Shown piece after piece: positions 62,562-64,000 of a stretch of 64,000 bases of DNA. Below the pieces are notes generated by a model. The model ran no database searches, was not told the origin of the DNA, and saw only the letters and a list, made by a program, of their open reading frames with translations. The stretch is from positions 1 through 64,000 of the forward strand of contig KZ538232.1 in the NCBI GenBank assembly GCA_000934665.2, given 5' to 3'. A program made the translations under genes and the position numbers. Source of the DNA: Catajapyx aquilonaris. Taxonomy: Eukaryota. Position 1 is the stretch's first letter, and each line of letters begins with the position of its first letter.

Positions 62562-64000
62562 CTACAGAAAACAGAATAAATGACGTCTGACTACGTCACT
62601 CAGGTGTAATTCCAGGCCTGCTGCTTTTCACCTGTGCCAACCTGTGCGTGACGTGGCCACAGGTGATAAGCCAACTCCCCCACTTCTGTATCATGTTGCC
62701 ACTTCTATACAAATATAAATATAGCTTTTTTTGAGTGTGAACCAAGACAGTGGGGTATCTTTTCAGTGTATTCCTGACATTATAGGCTATGCTTGTTCAG
62801 TATAGTGTTGAGTGACTGTTATGTATCTGTAGTTGTGACCAATGCAAATATGACAAGTTGCCCGTGCATTCTTTCAGTTTTCCTTCCAAATGCTTGGATT
62901 TGGGCCATTCATGGAACAATGTCTGGTAATGAAGTGCTTAAATGCGACTTTCAAGGTGAGCATCAAATTTTCAGCCCGGCCTTGAACTGGAAGTGGCAGG
63001 ACAAGGCTGCTATAACATTTACTGTTTCAAATCAGAAATTCTCTTACGGTACTTTTACTGTGCAAACATATCAGGCGTGTTTAATAAGTGTGAAACATGA
63101 CGTATGCACCGCCAGAGAGAACATGTTGTCGACCTATAACTGCACTAGGAATCAACACTTTCATACAGGCCATGTCATCACAGGTATCACATTGACAAAA
63201 GGGGATTGTTATACTGTAGGGCTCCGTTTAATCTTGTGGGGATTATCCTAAGTAAACAGACGTGTCCACGTGTGTGGAAAAAATGGCCGGAGCTCAGTCA
63301 CACGCTACGACTCGGGCTGAGACAACGTACGAAATTTTCGCCATTTTGGAAATCCCTTGGCGGAAATGAAGGTTGTCTCTCAAGCAGAAAAGGTAAGGGG
63401 GGCTTTAGATGTGCTGGGAAAGAAGGGGGGGAGAAAAGTGAGCAAAATGCGAGTTTCGCTTGGGTGCATTAACCTCTTTGCTGTCTCGGTTTTTCTTTAT
63501 AAGCTGTGTAATATATACAATCCCCCGCCCAATTAAAGGAGCCTTTATCAATACGAATGCGGGCTGTTGTTTGCATCAGATAGGGGCATCTATGCAAAGA
63601 GATATGAAGTGGGATTTATTGGAAAGGTTGGGATGATTAAAAACCAGTCCGGTGTTGCCACGTCGTCAGAATACCTGGTTCGCAATAATCTGACCGAGTT
63701 TTTTCCTTTTAAAAAAAAATCCGCGGGCACAGCACCATAAAAGGCAACAGTGGCTACTGAACTTATTTTTACAAACCGGTCTTGCATACGACCTTGACTT
63801 GCGCTTTTACTGTGATTCAAACCTAATACAATAATGGTATTGATAAAAATAACCCGGCCTTCCCATTGCACAAGAACATATGGGGGGAATAAAGGGAGTT
63901 TCTCCTACCGAAAAAAATAAGCAATACAGCGTGAATTTACTGTAATCCCTCTTTTTTTCATAATAATGCGGAAGCCCCCAGGCAATTATGCGAAAGTGAA

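Noticed and set aside
62793..63251. 152-aa ORF downstream of FAR
   Set aside because: Non-ATG start, no domain, no splice support.

Overview
Eukaryotic (arthropod-like) genomic window, rich in introns and small DNA transposons. Genes reconstructed by hand with phase-consistent GT-AG junctions: (1) a two-exon secreted Gly/Tyr-rich peptide gene (- strand, 2452-3956); (2) a canonical Tim10 (9042-9323) and a divergent tandem Tim10-like copy (10558-10905); (3) an MPP7/metro-type p55 MAGUK (+, 15487-24918, with an optional 30-nt microexon); (4) a complete 33-exon laminin alpha-3/5 (LanA) gene (-, 30683-56492, ~3679 aa) with a tRNA-Ala(AGC) in intron 5; (5) a 7-exon fatty acyl-CoA reductase (+, 60310-62561). 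Non-coding DNA holds many non-autonomous TIR elements resembling hAT, P, Tc1/mariner/pogo, Harbinger, Sola and piggyBac families, plus a tRNA-derived SINE. The most notable structures are a 1.9-kb foldback element with ~815-bp arms in a laminin intron, a ~970-bp tandem duplication whose copies carry different MITEs at nearly the same site, a possible shared first exon for Tim10/Tim10-like/MPP7, and possibly overlapping first exons of LanA and FAR. No clearly novel multi-gene system is demonstrable from the sequence alone. Family assignments rest on motif recognition, not database searches.
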